Assembly: GCF_040938485.1 (NCBI RefSeq)
Contig: NW_027272059.1
Location: 186,001-250,000, forward strand
Direction of reading: 5' to 3'
Length of the DNA stretch: 64,000 bases
Source of the DNA: Diadema antillarum
Taxonomy: Eukaryota
The notes under the pieces: generated by a model
Told to the model about the DNA's origin: nothing
Database searches by the model: none
Seen by the model: only the letters and a program-made list of their open reading frames with translations
In this document: piece after piece, positions 48,601 through 60,300 of the stretch
How the letters are laid out: each line of letters opens with the position of its first letter
How positions within the stretch are numbered: position 1 is the first letter of the stretch
Translations under genes and position numbers: made by a program

Positions 48601-51600
48601 TTGGCTGAGGAAAAGGGAAAAACAATATTTTTTAGCTTTTCAAAGATACCATAGAAAAAGCTGCTATGATCTCTATATTCAGATCAAACTGACCCTTATA
48701 CAGCTGTACTGCGCTACATCAGTACATGCGATGCGATGAACGTATTCGTACTGTGCCGATTGCTTGTGTACAAATGTACAAAGCAGCATTTAAGCGATCA
48801 TGATTTTCTGACAATTGTAAAAGTGTTAAATTAAAACTGTCTGCACTTTGATTCAACTTTGGTCTTGTGGAGACTCAGTCTCAGATGCAATTATCGGTAC
48901 CAACACCAAGGTTCGACCTCCCACCCCATGCCCAAGCCAAGTTCAACCGTGCACAAAAGCACATACGTTTCTACATGCAGCAGGTGGTCAAATTTTGGAT
49001 GGGGTTGTGGTCGAACCATGGGCACACTACGGTATTATCTATTTACTCAATGTAACTACAGGTTAACTCTGTACATGTAATTTAGGGTGAGTTTGTGCTT
49101 GACCGAAAGATCAGTCTGTATCTGGTCATTGGGGATATGTTCCGCGGACACTGCGTCTGGCTTCACGGATCCCCTCCTATGTCTCCGAAGTAGAGTGATA
49201 ACATCAAAAAAATAAAAGACTCCTCCGGACAGACGGGCAGACAGATCTTTCTGTCCAAGTTTGTGCATGCTTCGAAATCATTTGTCAATTGAATAGGAGG
49301 TGCGAAGGTACACTGTCACTAGCGCACATTGTATGCACTCTACAAAAATGTCTGAAAACAAATCTTATGGATACAAATATTTTTACATGACAAAGAAAAT
49401 ATCTTAAGTCTGAATCTTGAAAATTGTTTATATTGGTAATAATACGTAGACATCTAAGTAACGCTAAAAAATAGAGAACTCTTTGAAAAATTAGCGGCTC
49501 ACCTTGATTTTTTGGTCCCTATGTACACCTGCGTGGCTTGATGCGACATAATGGAGAGAAGTAGGGTCAAGACCTCTTCTAGACAAGTACAAGTCTAGAC
49601 TAGATTAGTCTAGAAGCAAATTTAGTCGATAGTACACTGTCTGCTGTGCTGTTGTAGAGCTATCAGAGTTCCAACCCTTCCTTTCAGTCGCAGACTCCCA
49701 GAGATGGATTGGATATTTTCACAGGCACACTTCTCAACACTGCAGTTTGTCCGATCTGTGAGAGGCACTAGAATAGGGTGGAACAACCGCTACACTTCCT
49801 GCTGGAGTTACAAGTGATCTGAAACTAGTGCAAACAGGAGACAAAACAACAAACAACATGGCATAGAACAGATTCTACAGCTGGTCTGTCTCAGTTAGAT
49901 AGCTGAGCCCAACAACACTGTCTTAACACTGATGCTCCGCACCTACCCCCAGGTAGCTCAGGCCATCAGCAGCTTGATCAGCAGCTAGCAGTAGCAGCAA
50001 TGCTGTGCTATGCCGCCGGTAACGCGTGTTGTCCCACCTGTACAGTACACTCGCATTGTCTCGATCTCGATGACAAACGCGTAACTAGCTCGGATACCTG
50101 ATTATGTGCTTTTCGACAAGATAGTTCGGATACGAATTTGTGCGACGGGCAGTGTTTTTGCTGTGATGTTGGCAGCAAGCACTGCTTCTGTACAGTATGC
50201 ACCCACAGATCGCAAGCTGGCTGCATACGGTACATGTACGTTTTTACATTGCATGTCCTACACAGCTAGCTAGCTAGCGCTATATAGCTGCATGCAACAC
50301 ATCAACTGTGAGATCTCGTGACAAGTTTACACGGAGTGTTCACCATCCCTGTTTCGAAGGGGTGCTCGGGTGCTCCATCAGAGAAATGGAGCAATGGAGG
50401 ATTTCTCACATTCGTAACCAAGTATCCTGCAGGACGTAGAAGATCAAGAGTCACTTTCAGCACACTGTCTAACTTCGGCCTCGGTCTTAGTACATTCGTA
50501 AGTTTATCCATCTTGTGTGGAATGTGTGAGTCTGAGAAGTGTGACATCAAACTATTAACTAAATTATTAACGTTAAATTTAGCAGGAACACAAACAAGAC
50601 ACCACCATGGACGTGGACACTGATGGACCATTTGTAACACTACCAGATACTGTGAAATTGACTGTAACACTAACGTCAATAACTGTTGAGTCGCCACCCT
50701 ACGACCTTGAAATCAATGTGCTGCTTAAATCAAATTTCCTCTTACTGGTAGCGGTATGGTAGGTGTTCAACACACCGACCGGGTCCATATGAACCGACCG
50801 CGCTCTATAATGGCATTGCGCGTACAGAAAGAAAATGTACGCATAAGACTATGCGCAACGGTGTTCGATTCTTCACTGGGCTATATGCTACCGAGTAAAA
50901 TGAGGCGAAAACAAATTAAGTATTCCCTCTAAATTACCGAAATTTAGCAAAATCGAATAAGATTTATCATGTAACTACATATAACTAAACTAGGCCTACC
51001 TTTGCTGACTCGTTGTTGGATGTAGAGTATCCTTCCGTAATAAATTTGACGATTTTGACCGCAAAATTGTCATTATGCCGCTCTCTCAAACTCCGCCGCT
51101 TGTGTACGATCGTACACACACACACGTTACACATACACATGACATAATTATTTTGTCGTCCGCTACGACCGTACGAGTTGAAGCAGAAACGAGAAATGAA
51201 TGTGAAACACAAACCGACTCATCTAATTTATTTCAATTACGATGAAAAGTTTCCTAATGAAAATCAATTCAAATTCATCAAACAGTCCTTCAAAAGTAAT
51301 ATCGAAGGATTCAAAATATATTTAAATATCATTGGGGGAAAAATGACGGCTGAAAAAACAGCAGCTTGTCGAAAAAACGCATTTAAGTGTGCTTTATACG
51401 TATTGTCAGGGTGGTCGGTTTAAATGTACAGGGCAACTGAGTGCGGAAAAAATGACAACCCATGCGTTCGAAGCCGCCATCTAGAGCGCGTACCTCAGAT
51501 CGCATTTTCAGTGCGCGCTTGTGAATCCGGAGTATTTTCTCCACACGTGAGTAAAATTTCAGGCAAATTGTGAGATTTTTCACGTTTCTATTGACAGAAA

Positions 51601-51773
51601 AACGTTATTTGGTCGGTGTGATGAACACCCAACCATACCACAAACACCAATTGACATTGAATAAAAGCCACAACTCGGGTCACACGATAGTGTACAAGTT
51701 TGTGTACAAGTAGGTCGGTAGTTACGTACCTCCGGGTCGGCGACCCAACAGAGCGCAATTGTTGAGTCGCCAT
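36668..51773 (-). CDS. DPF2: d4/DPF-family BAF complex subunit (Requiem N domain, C2H2 finger, double PHD), 407 aa; probably the single orthologue of vertebrate DPF1/2/3
   Basis: Exons 51730-51773, 46270-46562, 45747-45967, 45261-45348, 44549-44767, 42114-42245, 39950-40062, 39121-39202 and 36668-36699 are GT-AG and in phase (1224 nt). Motifs: [51 protein letters not shown]...[43 protein letters not shown]...GSWICDLC. The identity of the first coding exon is less certain than the rest. Confidence 0.93.
37242..37672. mobile_element. TACTGTA-terminus MITE with perfect 17-bp ends
   Basis: tactgtaaaagtggttt / aaaccacttttacagta, with multiple TTTCGCG motifs. Confidence 0.85.
37716..38997 (-). mobile_element. 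Helentron-associated non-autonomous element (HINE, DINE-1/Pearl-like), copy 1
   Basis: On the plus strand: AACTAG end, small hairpin GTCGC-TATG-GCGAC, subTIR ATGCCTCCGC (37742), GACCTTTGACC-rich core with about 150-bp subrepeats, (GGAC)n microsatellite, palindrome ATGCCTCCG...CGGAGGCAT (38961-38992), then an A-run. Confidence 0.85.
41081..41620. mobile_element. PIF/Harbinger-like MITE
   Basis: 17-bp TIRs agcctcggtcacaaccc / gggttgtgatcgaggct with 1 mismatch and a CpG-rich interior. The TSD is not clean, so the superfamily is tentative. Confidence 0.65.
42379..43368 (-). mobile_element. HINE copy 2 (same family as 37716-38997)
   Basis: Same termini, subTIRs, hairpins and (GGAC)n; about 330 bp at the left end is clearly homologous to copy 1, and the core is shorter. 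Confidence 0.85.
47511..48881. mobile_element. Long-TIR (foldback-like) element with purine-rich spacer
   Basis: About 250-bp degenerate inverted arms (e.g. gacacttttacacttgtcagaa...gatcgc vs gcgatc...ttctgacaattgtaaaagtgtt; ctatggtatcttt vs aaagataccatag) around about 870 bp of A/G-rich low-complexity DNA. Confidence 0.65.
50753..51639. mobile_element. CpG-rich TIR element in DPF intron 1
   Basis: About 27-bp imperfect TIRs gtatggtaggtgttcaacacaccgacc / ggtcggtgtgatgaacacccaaccatac; no transposase and no clear TSD. Confidence 0.55.
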
Positions 51774-51799
51774 CTGTAGTTAAATATAACGTGTATTTG

Positions 51800-52934
51800 A
51801 CTCCGTATGATACTATTTCTAAAACAAATGTGGAATGTTTGCTTATACTTGTAATTTTGGAAATTTTTATGAAAAACGGTAAGATTCAGCTCCATACGGT
51901 GCTAACAGTTAAAATTAATGTCAGATATTTGATTTGGTGTTCGGAAATGAATAAAGATAACATTCGGCTCCGGAAGTTGCTGAAATAAATATCAAATGTT
52001 TGCTTTGACATTCGGAAATGAATAATAATAATATTCAACTCCGTACGATGATTAAATAAATGTCGGATGTTTTCTTATACTTTTGGGAATGAATAACTTT
52101 AAGATTCAGCTCTGTACGGTGCTAGAATTAATTTCAGATATTTGATTTTGCATTCGGAAATGAATAAGGATAACATTCTACCCCGGAAGATGCTAAAATA
52201 AATGTTGAATGTTTGCTTTGATGTTCGGAAATGAATAATGATAATATTCAACTCCGTACGATGATTATGTAAATGCCGGATGTTTGCTTTTACGTTCGAA
52301 AATAAAGAGCAATTCAGCTCCGGAAGATGCTGAAATAAATGTCGAATGTTTGCGCTGACGTTCGATAATGAATAATGATAATATTCAACTCCTTACGATG
52401 ATTAAATTAATGCCGGATGTTTGCTTTTACGTTCGAAAGTAAATAGCGATAACATTCAACTCTGGAAGATGCTAAAATAAATGTCGGAATGATCCCTTTG
52501 ACGTTCAGAAATGAATAACAATAATATTCAACTCCGTATGATGATTAAATAAATGTCGCATGTTTGCTTTTACTTTCGAAAGTAAATAGCGATAACAATT
52601 GGCTCCAGAAGATGCCAAAATAAATGTCAGATGATTGCTTTTACATTTGAAAGTGAATAGCAGTAACATTCTGCTCCATACGATGCTAAAATAAATGTCG
52701 GATATTTGCTATTACATTTCGAAATGAATAACAGTAACATTCAGCTGCATTTGATGGTAAAATAAATGTCTGATGTCTGCCTTGACGTTAAAAAATGAAA
52801 AACAGTAAATTCGGCTCCGTACATGTACGATGCTAAAATAATTGTCAGATGATTCATTTCACTTTCGGAAGTGGACAGCAGTAACATTCGGCCCCGTATG
52901 GTAATAAAACAAATATCGGATGTTTGCTTTTAAA
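51800..52934. repeat. 71-bp tandem satellite, left block (about 16 units, partial A/B alternation)
   Basis: TTCGGAAATGAAT recurs at 51940, 52011, about 52082, 52153, 52224 and onward. Units alternate CTCCGGAAGATGCT and CTCCGTACGATGATT. Confidence 0.92.
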
Positions 52935-52937
52935 TTT

Positions 52938-53795
52938 GATTCACAACATTTATATAGCGCATTATTACATAAAATGTCTCTAAGCGCTATGGGAAAAAGA
53001 AACCAATAGAAAGGGAAGAAGAGGAAAGAAAAGAGAGAAAGAAGAAGGTACAGTTTCAGAAATGGCATAAGACATGAGACACAGTCATAATACTACTCAG
53101 TAAACATACATTTTTAACATGGATTTGAATTTGTCTACTGAGTCTGTTTGTTTCAAGCATTCAGGTAAACTGTTCCAGAGTTGAGGTGATGCTGACTGAA
53201 AAGCTCTAAAACCATAAGATTGTGTATTGACAGGAGGAGGTATTAAAAGTGATTTGTTGTTAGACCGCAAGTTCCGGGAGGGTAGGTATTCAGTTATCAA
53301 CTGTTGAAGATAAACCGGTGCAATATTTTGCAAACATTTAAAAGTTAACAAAAGAATCTTGAAGTTTATTCGTTCGCGGATTCTGAACATATGCAGTTCT
53401 CTCAGTAGTGAAGTAACCGACTCACGTGAACGACGTTTAGCAATAAGCCTGGCAGCTGAATTTGAACTCTCTGCAGTTTGTTGATTTGCGCATCAGGCAG
53501 ACCACACAAGAGACTGTTGCAAAAGTCAATGCGAGACATAACCAGTGCCTGAGCGAGTCTCTGGGTTGTCTTTTTCATCAGAAATTGGCGGATGCTGCCA
53601 ATTTTGTGTAGGGCAAATATGAGGCTGATCTGCACACATTGTTCACATGACGTCTTCAAAGACAGATTGTGATCAAATATGACACCCAAGTTCCTTGCAT
53701 CTGTGCAGCATTGTATAGTAGTATCATCTAAAGAAATCGTACTCATTGGGCTTGAAATCCTGTGCCTGCTTGTGAAATGTATACATTCTGTTGTG
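52938..53795 (-). mobile_element. 5'-truncated L2-clade LINE inserted into the satellite
   Basis: Frames read ARNLGVIFDHNLS...MSRIDFCNSLL...LQRVQ and FKILLLTFK...GFRAFQSASPQLWNSLP. The L2-type 3' end AGCGCTTAGAG...GCGCTATATAAAT lies at about 52948-52990. Confidence 0.92.
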
Positions 53796-54145
53796 GGAAA
53801 TGAATAACAGTAATCTGCTCCATACGATGCTAAAATATATAACAGATTGTTGCTTTTACATTTGGAAATGATTGACGGTATCAATCGGCTCAGTTAGATG
53901 CTAAGATAAATAGCGGAAGTTTGCTTTCACATTCAGAAATCATAGGGCATAAGGATAACATTCAGCTCCGTAAGATGCTAAAATGAATGTCAATTGTTTG
54001 CTTTTACATTTGAAAATGATTAACGGTAAAATTCGGCTTTGTAAGGTGCTAAAATACTAGTAAATGTTGGATGATTGCTTTTACAATCAGAATTAACGGT
54101 AAGTTTCAGCTCTTTACAATGCTAAAACAAATGTCGGATGTTTAC
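53795..54145. repeat. 71-bp satellite, right block (about 5 more divergent units)
   Basis: Same unit consensus (GGAAATGAATAACAGTAA...GATGCTAAAATAAATGTC...TTGCTTTTAC). Confidence 0.85.
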
Positions 54146-55361
54146 AAAATAATGTCTGCAAATGCTCCCACTTTCTCATTTCAAACGTAGATTTTGACCA
54201 CCTACTGTAAATAGGCATCAACTTTTCTAATAATCTAAAGCGTATTTGCTAAATCTTAGAACTCAGAATAACGGTAAGATGACTGAATTTTCTATTCATT
54301 TATTTTAGACGTGGGTACCTGTAGCACTTCAGTAATTCTTAATAGTTGTTTTTCTATGTTTAGTAGGACCGATTTAGTTTTTCTTATGTTTTTCTTCATT
54401 TTTTTTGGGCCACCAAAAAATAAAACTCAATGATTTTGGTGCCCCGATCGGGCCACCAAAAATAAAAGTTAGTGTGGAGCCCTGCTTATAGAAATAATCA
54501 CCCCTTTTGACATGTCCACGCATCCACATAGACACTTTTTTCCCTTGATATTTATTGATTTCATTCAAATCAGTCATGAATCAACCAATTCTGGGTGTAA
54601 CATGAACAAAAACAATTTACAAATACAATTCAAAACACAAACAAATCCAATTTTCCATTTATACTGCAAATAAACTGTCTTCAACATGAATAACTCGATT
54701 ATGAATCATTCCCACTTCATGAGAAAATATTGACAAAAAAAAGCCATTATACAAATCTAGAATGAAATCAAATTTCATAAAAAAAACCCAAAAAAAAACA
54801 CCAAAAAAAAAAAAGAAAACCACTGTGCACACACACACACACACACACAGGTAACTGACAGTAACTCCATTATGTTACAAAAGCACAAATACACTCTATC
54901 AAATTGGCAAATTACCTTTATTAGAATAATTGCAAATCAACTACAAAAACAAACATCATGCAGGCTTTACAGTAATGATAAAGTAAGTTTATATTGATTG
55001 CTAGACAATAGTAAGTCTTCAGTTTCGTCATAATTTTGGTTCAGTATTCTTTCATCATCTGAACACTATATATTCACAAAAAATGCACTCAAAACAAAGT
55101 CTAACAATAGATGCAACACTTGGCAAAATCCAGCACCGCACGCATCATGTAACGCTGAATAAATCACGTATAAACCTATATGCGTACATTTCGCCAGTTC
55201 TAGGGTGAGTCGCTGTATTCATGTAGTGGGTTGTAGGTTTAGTCGCCACCCCTCTTTATTCTGTAAGTTAATCCCATCCCTGAAATAAGAATGGTACAAG
55301 CCTCGTCTACAAATCCTAAGATATAATGCAGTATATCGAAAGAGTCTACCAAGAAACTTAC

Positions 55362-55845
55362 CTGGCTGACGCGATTTGCCGGGATGAGGAGTTGTTTTGG
55401 AGTATTTCAAGATCAAAAATAAGAGTCGGTATACCGACTTTTATTCCAGAAGGATCCAGACTAACTCGGTCTCAGGGAAAACTTGGCCGTATTTCAGACA
55501 ATTTACACGCAGTTCGTGATCGCCATACTGAAAAGACAATCAAAGATGCTTGATAAACAACAAAACAACTTCAAAGACAGCGCGTCTCAGATGATGTGCG
55601 TAATACGCTTGAGGACCGCGCGTGCGCTGTCCATTTGTTTTGTACAGGATTAGCGTGCACTTTCCTGTCTTTTCAGTTAAGCGTCTTTGGTATCAACTCG
55701 GACCATAACTGTGACCAGCCAGAACGCGAAGTGCTACAGGCCGCTCCCATAGTACAACACTGTACAATCCAGAGGGACAACTCGTCCCGCCGTCAAAGCG
55801 AGGCCGAGTTGTCCCTGAGTCCGAGTTTAGCCTGACCCCGATCGG
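55362..55845. promoter_or_regulatory. Candidate bidirectional CpG-rich promoter with divergent first exons
   Basis: High CpG density; a minus-strand CAG|GTAAGT donor at 55361 and a plus-strand CGG|GTAAGT donor at 55846. The DPF ATG at 51773 is directly preceded by an acceptor (ttatatttaactacAG|ATG), which implies an upstream exon. Confidence 0.6.
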
Positions 55846-56080
55846 GTAAGTTCTGAGACTGCGACTCCGGTGAACCTTCTTGGTTATTATTTCACATTTT
55901 CGTCGTTAACCATCGAATATCTTGTTATCACAGCGTTATTCCACACATTTCTTAGGCATATATGTACATTTGGGAGTTAAATTTGACAACTTTCGCAGGT
56001 GTACCAGAACTATGTTTTGGCTTTAAATTTTCAAAAAAAAAAAAATCCTCCTTTAGATTCTTCCTGTCAACCCCCCATAG

Positions 56081-56526
56081 ATGGGCTTGAAATATGCACA
56101 TCAGGAACTAAGATTTTTTAAATTTTTTTCATTTGTTTGTTTGTTTTTAAAACAAAATCCTTGCATACTTGTATTTCTGTGCCGATGCCTGGTCTTGCCT
56201 TCCAAATGTACCAAAATGAAAGTTACCAAAACCCCCAAAATGATATCCTGCTACAGGGGCCGCAGAATATTTTTCAGTGTTGGGGGTGGGGGGGGGGGGG
56301 GGGGCTGCTGGCACACACACACACTGAAAAATGCTCCGTGGACCCTGTAGCAGGAAGTCATATGGTTATTGGTAACTTTCATCATGGTGCAATTGTGCAA
56401 TTGGTAGGCAAGATCAGGTATCAGCACAGAAATGCAAGTATAATGCATTTTTTCATATAACATACAAACAAACAAACAAACAAATAAAAAAGAATCCTAG
56501 GACCTGATGTGCATATTTTAAGGCAC
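56081..56526. mobile_element. About 445-bp foldback hairpin element
   Basis: Arm 56081-56253 is the diverged reverse complement of 56348-56526. Inner 27-bp imperfect IRs (cagggg...atttttcagtgt / acactgaaaaat...ccctg) enclose a G-rich loop. Confidence 0.75.
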
Positions 56527-56916
56527 AGAGTCTGTGTTTAAAAGTGTACCAGGTTACTATATGTTCAGCATCATAAGTAGATGATGTCATTGAGACCTTG
56601 CCGGGAAGGTCATTCAAGTGTTCCATTTTCAGCCAAGTCTTATCGCTGGTGTTTGTTGAGAGATAGCCCCATGGCCCACAATTTGCATGATTATTTTTAT
56701 GATCAATTAAGATAATCATACATACAAGTCCATACAATTTATGTACATACATTTTTGTACAAGTGTATGACTACAAGTATGTGTGTATCTATGCAGTACA
56801 GTTGTATGTCTGTAGGAAAATGGTTGCAGTGAGTAACAGTATACAAATTGTGCAAGAATGATGATGTAACTACTGCACCTAGGAAGTTTGTGATGTATGT
56901 GTTATCAAGCAGATTT

Positions 56917-57185
56917 ATGGCTTGTTCACAAATACCATTAAGAACTGCTACGAACATCGTACGAACGATTTTTAGACAATTTCGTAAGATCTTCTTAATT
57001 AAGAAGGCTGTACGAAACCAGCGTTCGTAGACCATTCGTAGACCGTTCATAAGTTCGTAGCCTGGTCGATGGCCTTGTCCAAGATTTTTTTAACTTCGTA
57101 CGAACCCTCTCTTCGTAAGGCGGCCGTATGAACTCCAGAATTTGTACGAACAGTGACATTCGTACGAATCTTTGTGACCGTAGCT
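56917..57185. mobile_element. Degenerate Harbinger-like MITE with CGTACGAA repeats
   Basis: Ends ggcttgttcacaaa / tttgtgaccgtagc|ttaa, with many TTCGTA/TACGAA subrepeats. Confidence 0.45.
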
Positions 57186-57314
57186 TAAAGCAGCAGTGAA
57201 CGATGAGCCGCCAGTCAAATGAAAGAGCAGGAGCAGGTGTACAGGAAATTTGAATATTTGTACCCGGTGAGGGTAGATGTCATTGTGAGGCATTGGCGTG
57301 ATATTTAGTGGTAA

Positions 57315-57345
<31 letters not shown>

Positions 57346-60300
57346 AAAAAAAAGACCAACAGCCAATCAAAATCAAGAATTCCATGGAAGTTACCATTGG
57401 ATGGCAAAGTTACCATAATAGTAACTTTTATGCAACGGGCCCCTGGAAAAAACAACAACATGTTATTTGTGCATTTTTGCATTGAAAAGGTGAATGGTTA
57501 CAGTAGACAGTGTCTCCTTTCTTGTTCTTATTGCTGTGATGAGGGAGGCAGACATGGAAGTGACCATTTCAGGGTTCAAGTAATTACTAGTACAAGATTC
57601 CTGGTGATTATCAGGAGCTGGGATGCCCTAAGGTTTCCCAGCTAGGCAAAGTGGGCTAGAGCAGTAGTGACATGCAGGTAACTTTGTCTCTGTGACTAGA
57701 GGCAGGTTAGAAGATGGGCAGTGACATGTACATGTAATTTGGATTTTTCATTAACCAGCTGTGTCTATACATTGCTCTATTCTTATATTAGATCCCTATT
57801 ACTCCAGTTGAATGGATAACTGCATTATCAGTGGACTTCAGACTTTGTAGTGTCAATGTGTACTCCTAAATTAGGCAATGGCTGTGGCCTGATGTGTGTG
57901 ACAAAGTTCAACAGCAAAAACATGCTTTCTTATCAGCCTGCTTCATTCTGACGACAACTTTCTGAAATCTTACTGTTACTGGAAACAGATTTTGATATCC
58001 ATGTTTAATGTGGTTCATGAGATGCTGTGATTTATTGGTGAGTAATGTGTCAGTCTTTACATCTTTCAGTTTGCCTGGTGTATGTTGGAAGTGGATGTGT
58101 GTACATGCACCATACAGTGTAGCAGGTGCCTTGTGGATTTAGGGTGAACAAAATGAGGTCACAATGGTTGTCTCATGTGAATCCACACAGCTTGATACTA
58201 ACAGTTTGCCAGGTTAGAAGATGAAAGGACTTTTATCAAAACTTTCACATGAAGACTGCATTAATGATTACCCCCTTCCATTTTCCTTTGTAGTATTTCC
58301 CGGATGTGTGAATTCACCGGGATTTGCAGCAGTAAAGTTATAGATACAATGTATCGCTTCAAGCACTAATATTTCATGCAGCATCTTAGATATATTTATC
58401 TCACACTTTTCTTTGTTGATAGTATGGAAATTACAACTCACTATTAATTGTCATTTTGAGATTCAAAGTCAGTCTTTTGTTATTTAAAGGCTGAAGCAAA
58501 AAGCGGTATCATTTATTGTAGGCAAGTGTGTCTTTGAACACCTAAGCTTTTAAGTTAAGCAGTAAGGTAGTATCTATTGCCATGGATAAATGTGGAAAAC
58601 TCTTATTTCTGTGACTTGGCAACTATTGATAAGGTCATACAACATGTGGGTAGTGAATAAAAATTGTGTCCACTAATAGTGAGGTTAAATACTTTTTATG
58701 ATCAATCATAAGAGCCTGCCTGCACTATAGAGAATAAAGGAGCATTGGCTGTTGATATACGTGTAGCTCAATGCAGAATCAAAAGTTTGCAGCTTTCTGT
58801 AGTCGTATAGTTGATTTGCGCTGGCCTTTGAAAGGTTGTGATAAATTGCAAAGTTTGTCCAAACAATGTGTCATCAGTCAGGTAAACTTCACAAGTGGTT
58901 TTTGTCACGTTATTCATCATCTTAGGGAAAGAAAAAAAGAAAGCAACAATCAAGAACAAAAATGTAATATATGCCATGGAAGCTTTGAACAAACCGTTCA
59001 ATTTTTCTCAGAAATCTTTCATATGATACATTTTGCATTATTTTAGTATATTCCGCAAAATTTAGTACCTTAAATTGGTGATACGGAATGCAGTGTATAC
59101 TCTGTGACTCTAAGAACACTACAAATATATGCCATCTTCTTTCTTTCAATATGGTGGGACATTACAGTGTCTACTCCTCTTTTAGACTTTATTGATGTTT
59201 AATTTTTCATCACTCAGTCTGATATGTAAAAGATGAAAGTCAGATTTGGGATGAATAGAGTCATTCATGTTTGCATCAAAAGAATACTTCCTAACAGCGT
59301 CATTTGCTGCCCCTCATCAGGAAAGGTTTATTTGACCGATACTAGTACTACTCATGTACTTTCTCTCTGTTCTTTAACTCAGAGAACTTTCAGTATTGGA
59401 GTATTATGTTCTGGTATTGTAGACCTTAGATTATAACCCTTTCAGGATCAATGTGTCAAAGTGTTGGTGCCGGAAGTGTATTACATTTGCCTTCATCAGT
59501 AATATGAGAAAAGTGCTTCTAGAGAGGAAAACATCTAGAGGCTTAGTACATTTGCGATGAGATTGCTGTGCATTACATTGTACACAATGTCTCATCTATT
59601 CTTATTTCATTACATTTCCATTGCTCACGTACAAGTAATTTAGCGGAGTTAACATGCAGTGTAATTACAATTTTAGACTTATAATGCACAATGTACACTT
59701 CATGTACACAAAATAGGCATTAGTGATTGTGATTTTTTTATAATCCATTACCATTTAGAATCTGATAATCCATTTTTGTGTGTGTGTGTGTGTTTGAGAT
59801 TAAAGCCTGAATGTGATCATGATGTAGTTTTGGGGATAAAGCATTACTCATGCTCAGACTCTCTTCCTCGCCATAAGATATGTTCTTAAAGTAGTACTAG
59901 TAATTACACTTACAACTGATTGCTGTGAAATCTTTTTACTGTACAAATAAAAGAATAGACCTACCACATTCTGTAACTTAAACAAATTCTGAAGAGATTC
60001 TGGTTTAAAGACATTCTAAGATTGAGTGATATCCCGACAGTGGCAGATTTATGAAGGAATTGTATACATGTGGGTCAAATACCAGACCTCCGAAGTTGTA
60101 AAACTGTCCTTAAACTAGCAAATATTTGTATTTCCATTTCTCGTAGAGCAGTCAAACCATCAGAATTGTTGCTGCTCAATAGGAACTGTGGATGAATACA
60201 CTCTCATTGTTTTGATAGGAGCATGGCAGATAAATATCTGCAGGAGTTACGGAATATTCATTTGCATGTGCACATGGATCTAATCCAGTGTGGGAACTCT

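Noticed and set aside
50302-50697. 131-aa minus-strand ORF starting MATQQL-like as an alternative DPF exon
   Set aside because: It has a GTG start and no good phase-2 donor to join exon 2; only the short motif is retained as a finding.
67-51773. Minor (U12) introns or recoding in the three genes
   Set aside because: All inferred donors are U2-type GT, and the reading frames close without in-frame stops or frameshifts.
51800-54145. Regularly spaced repeat resembling a CRISPR array
   Set aside because: The units are contiguous diverged tandem copies with no unique spacers, there are no cas genes, and the context is eukaryotic.
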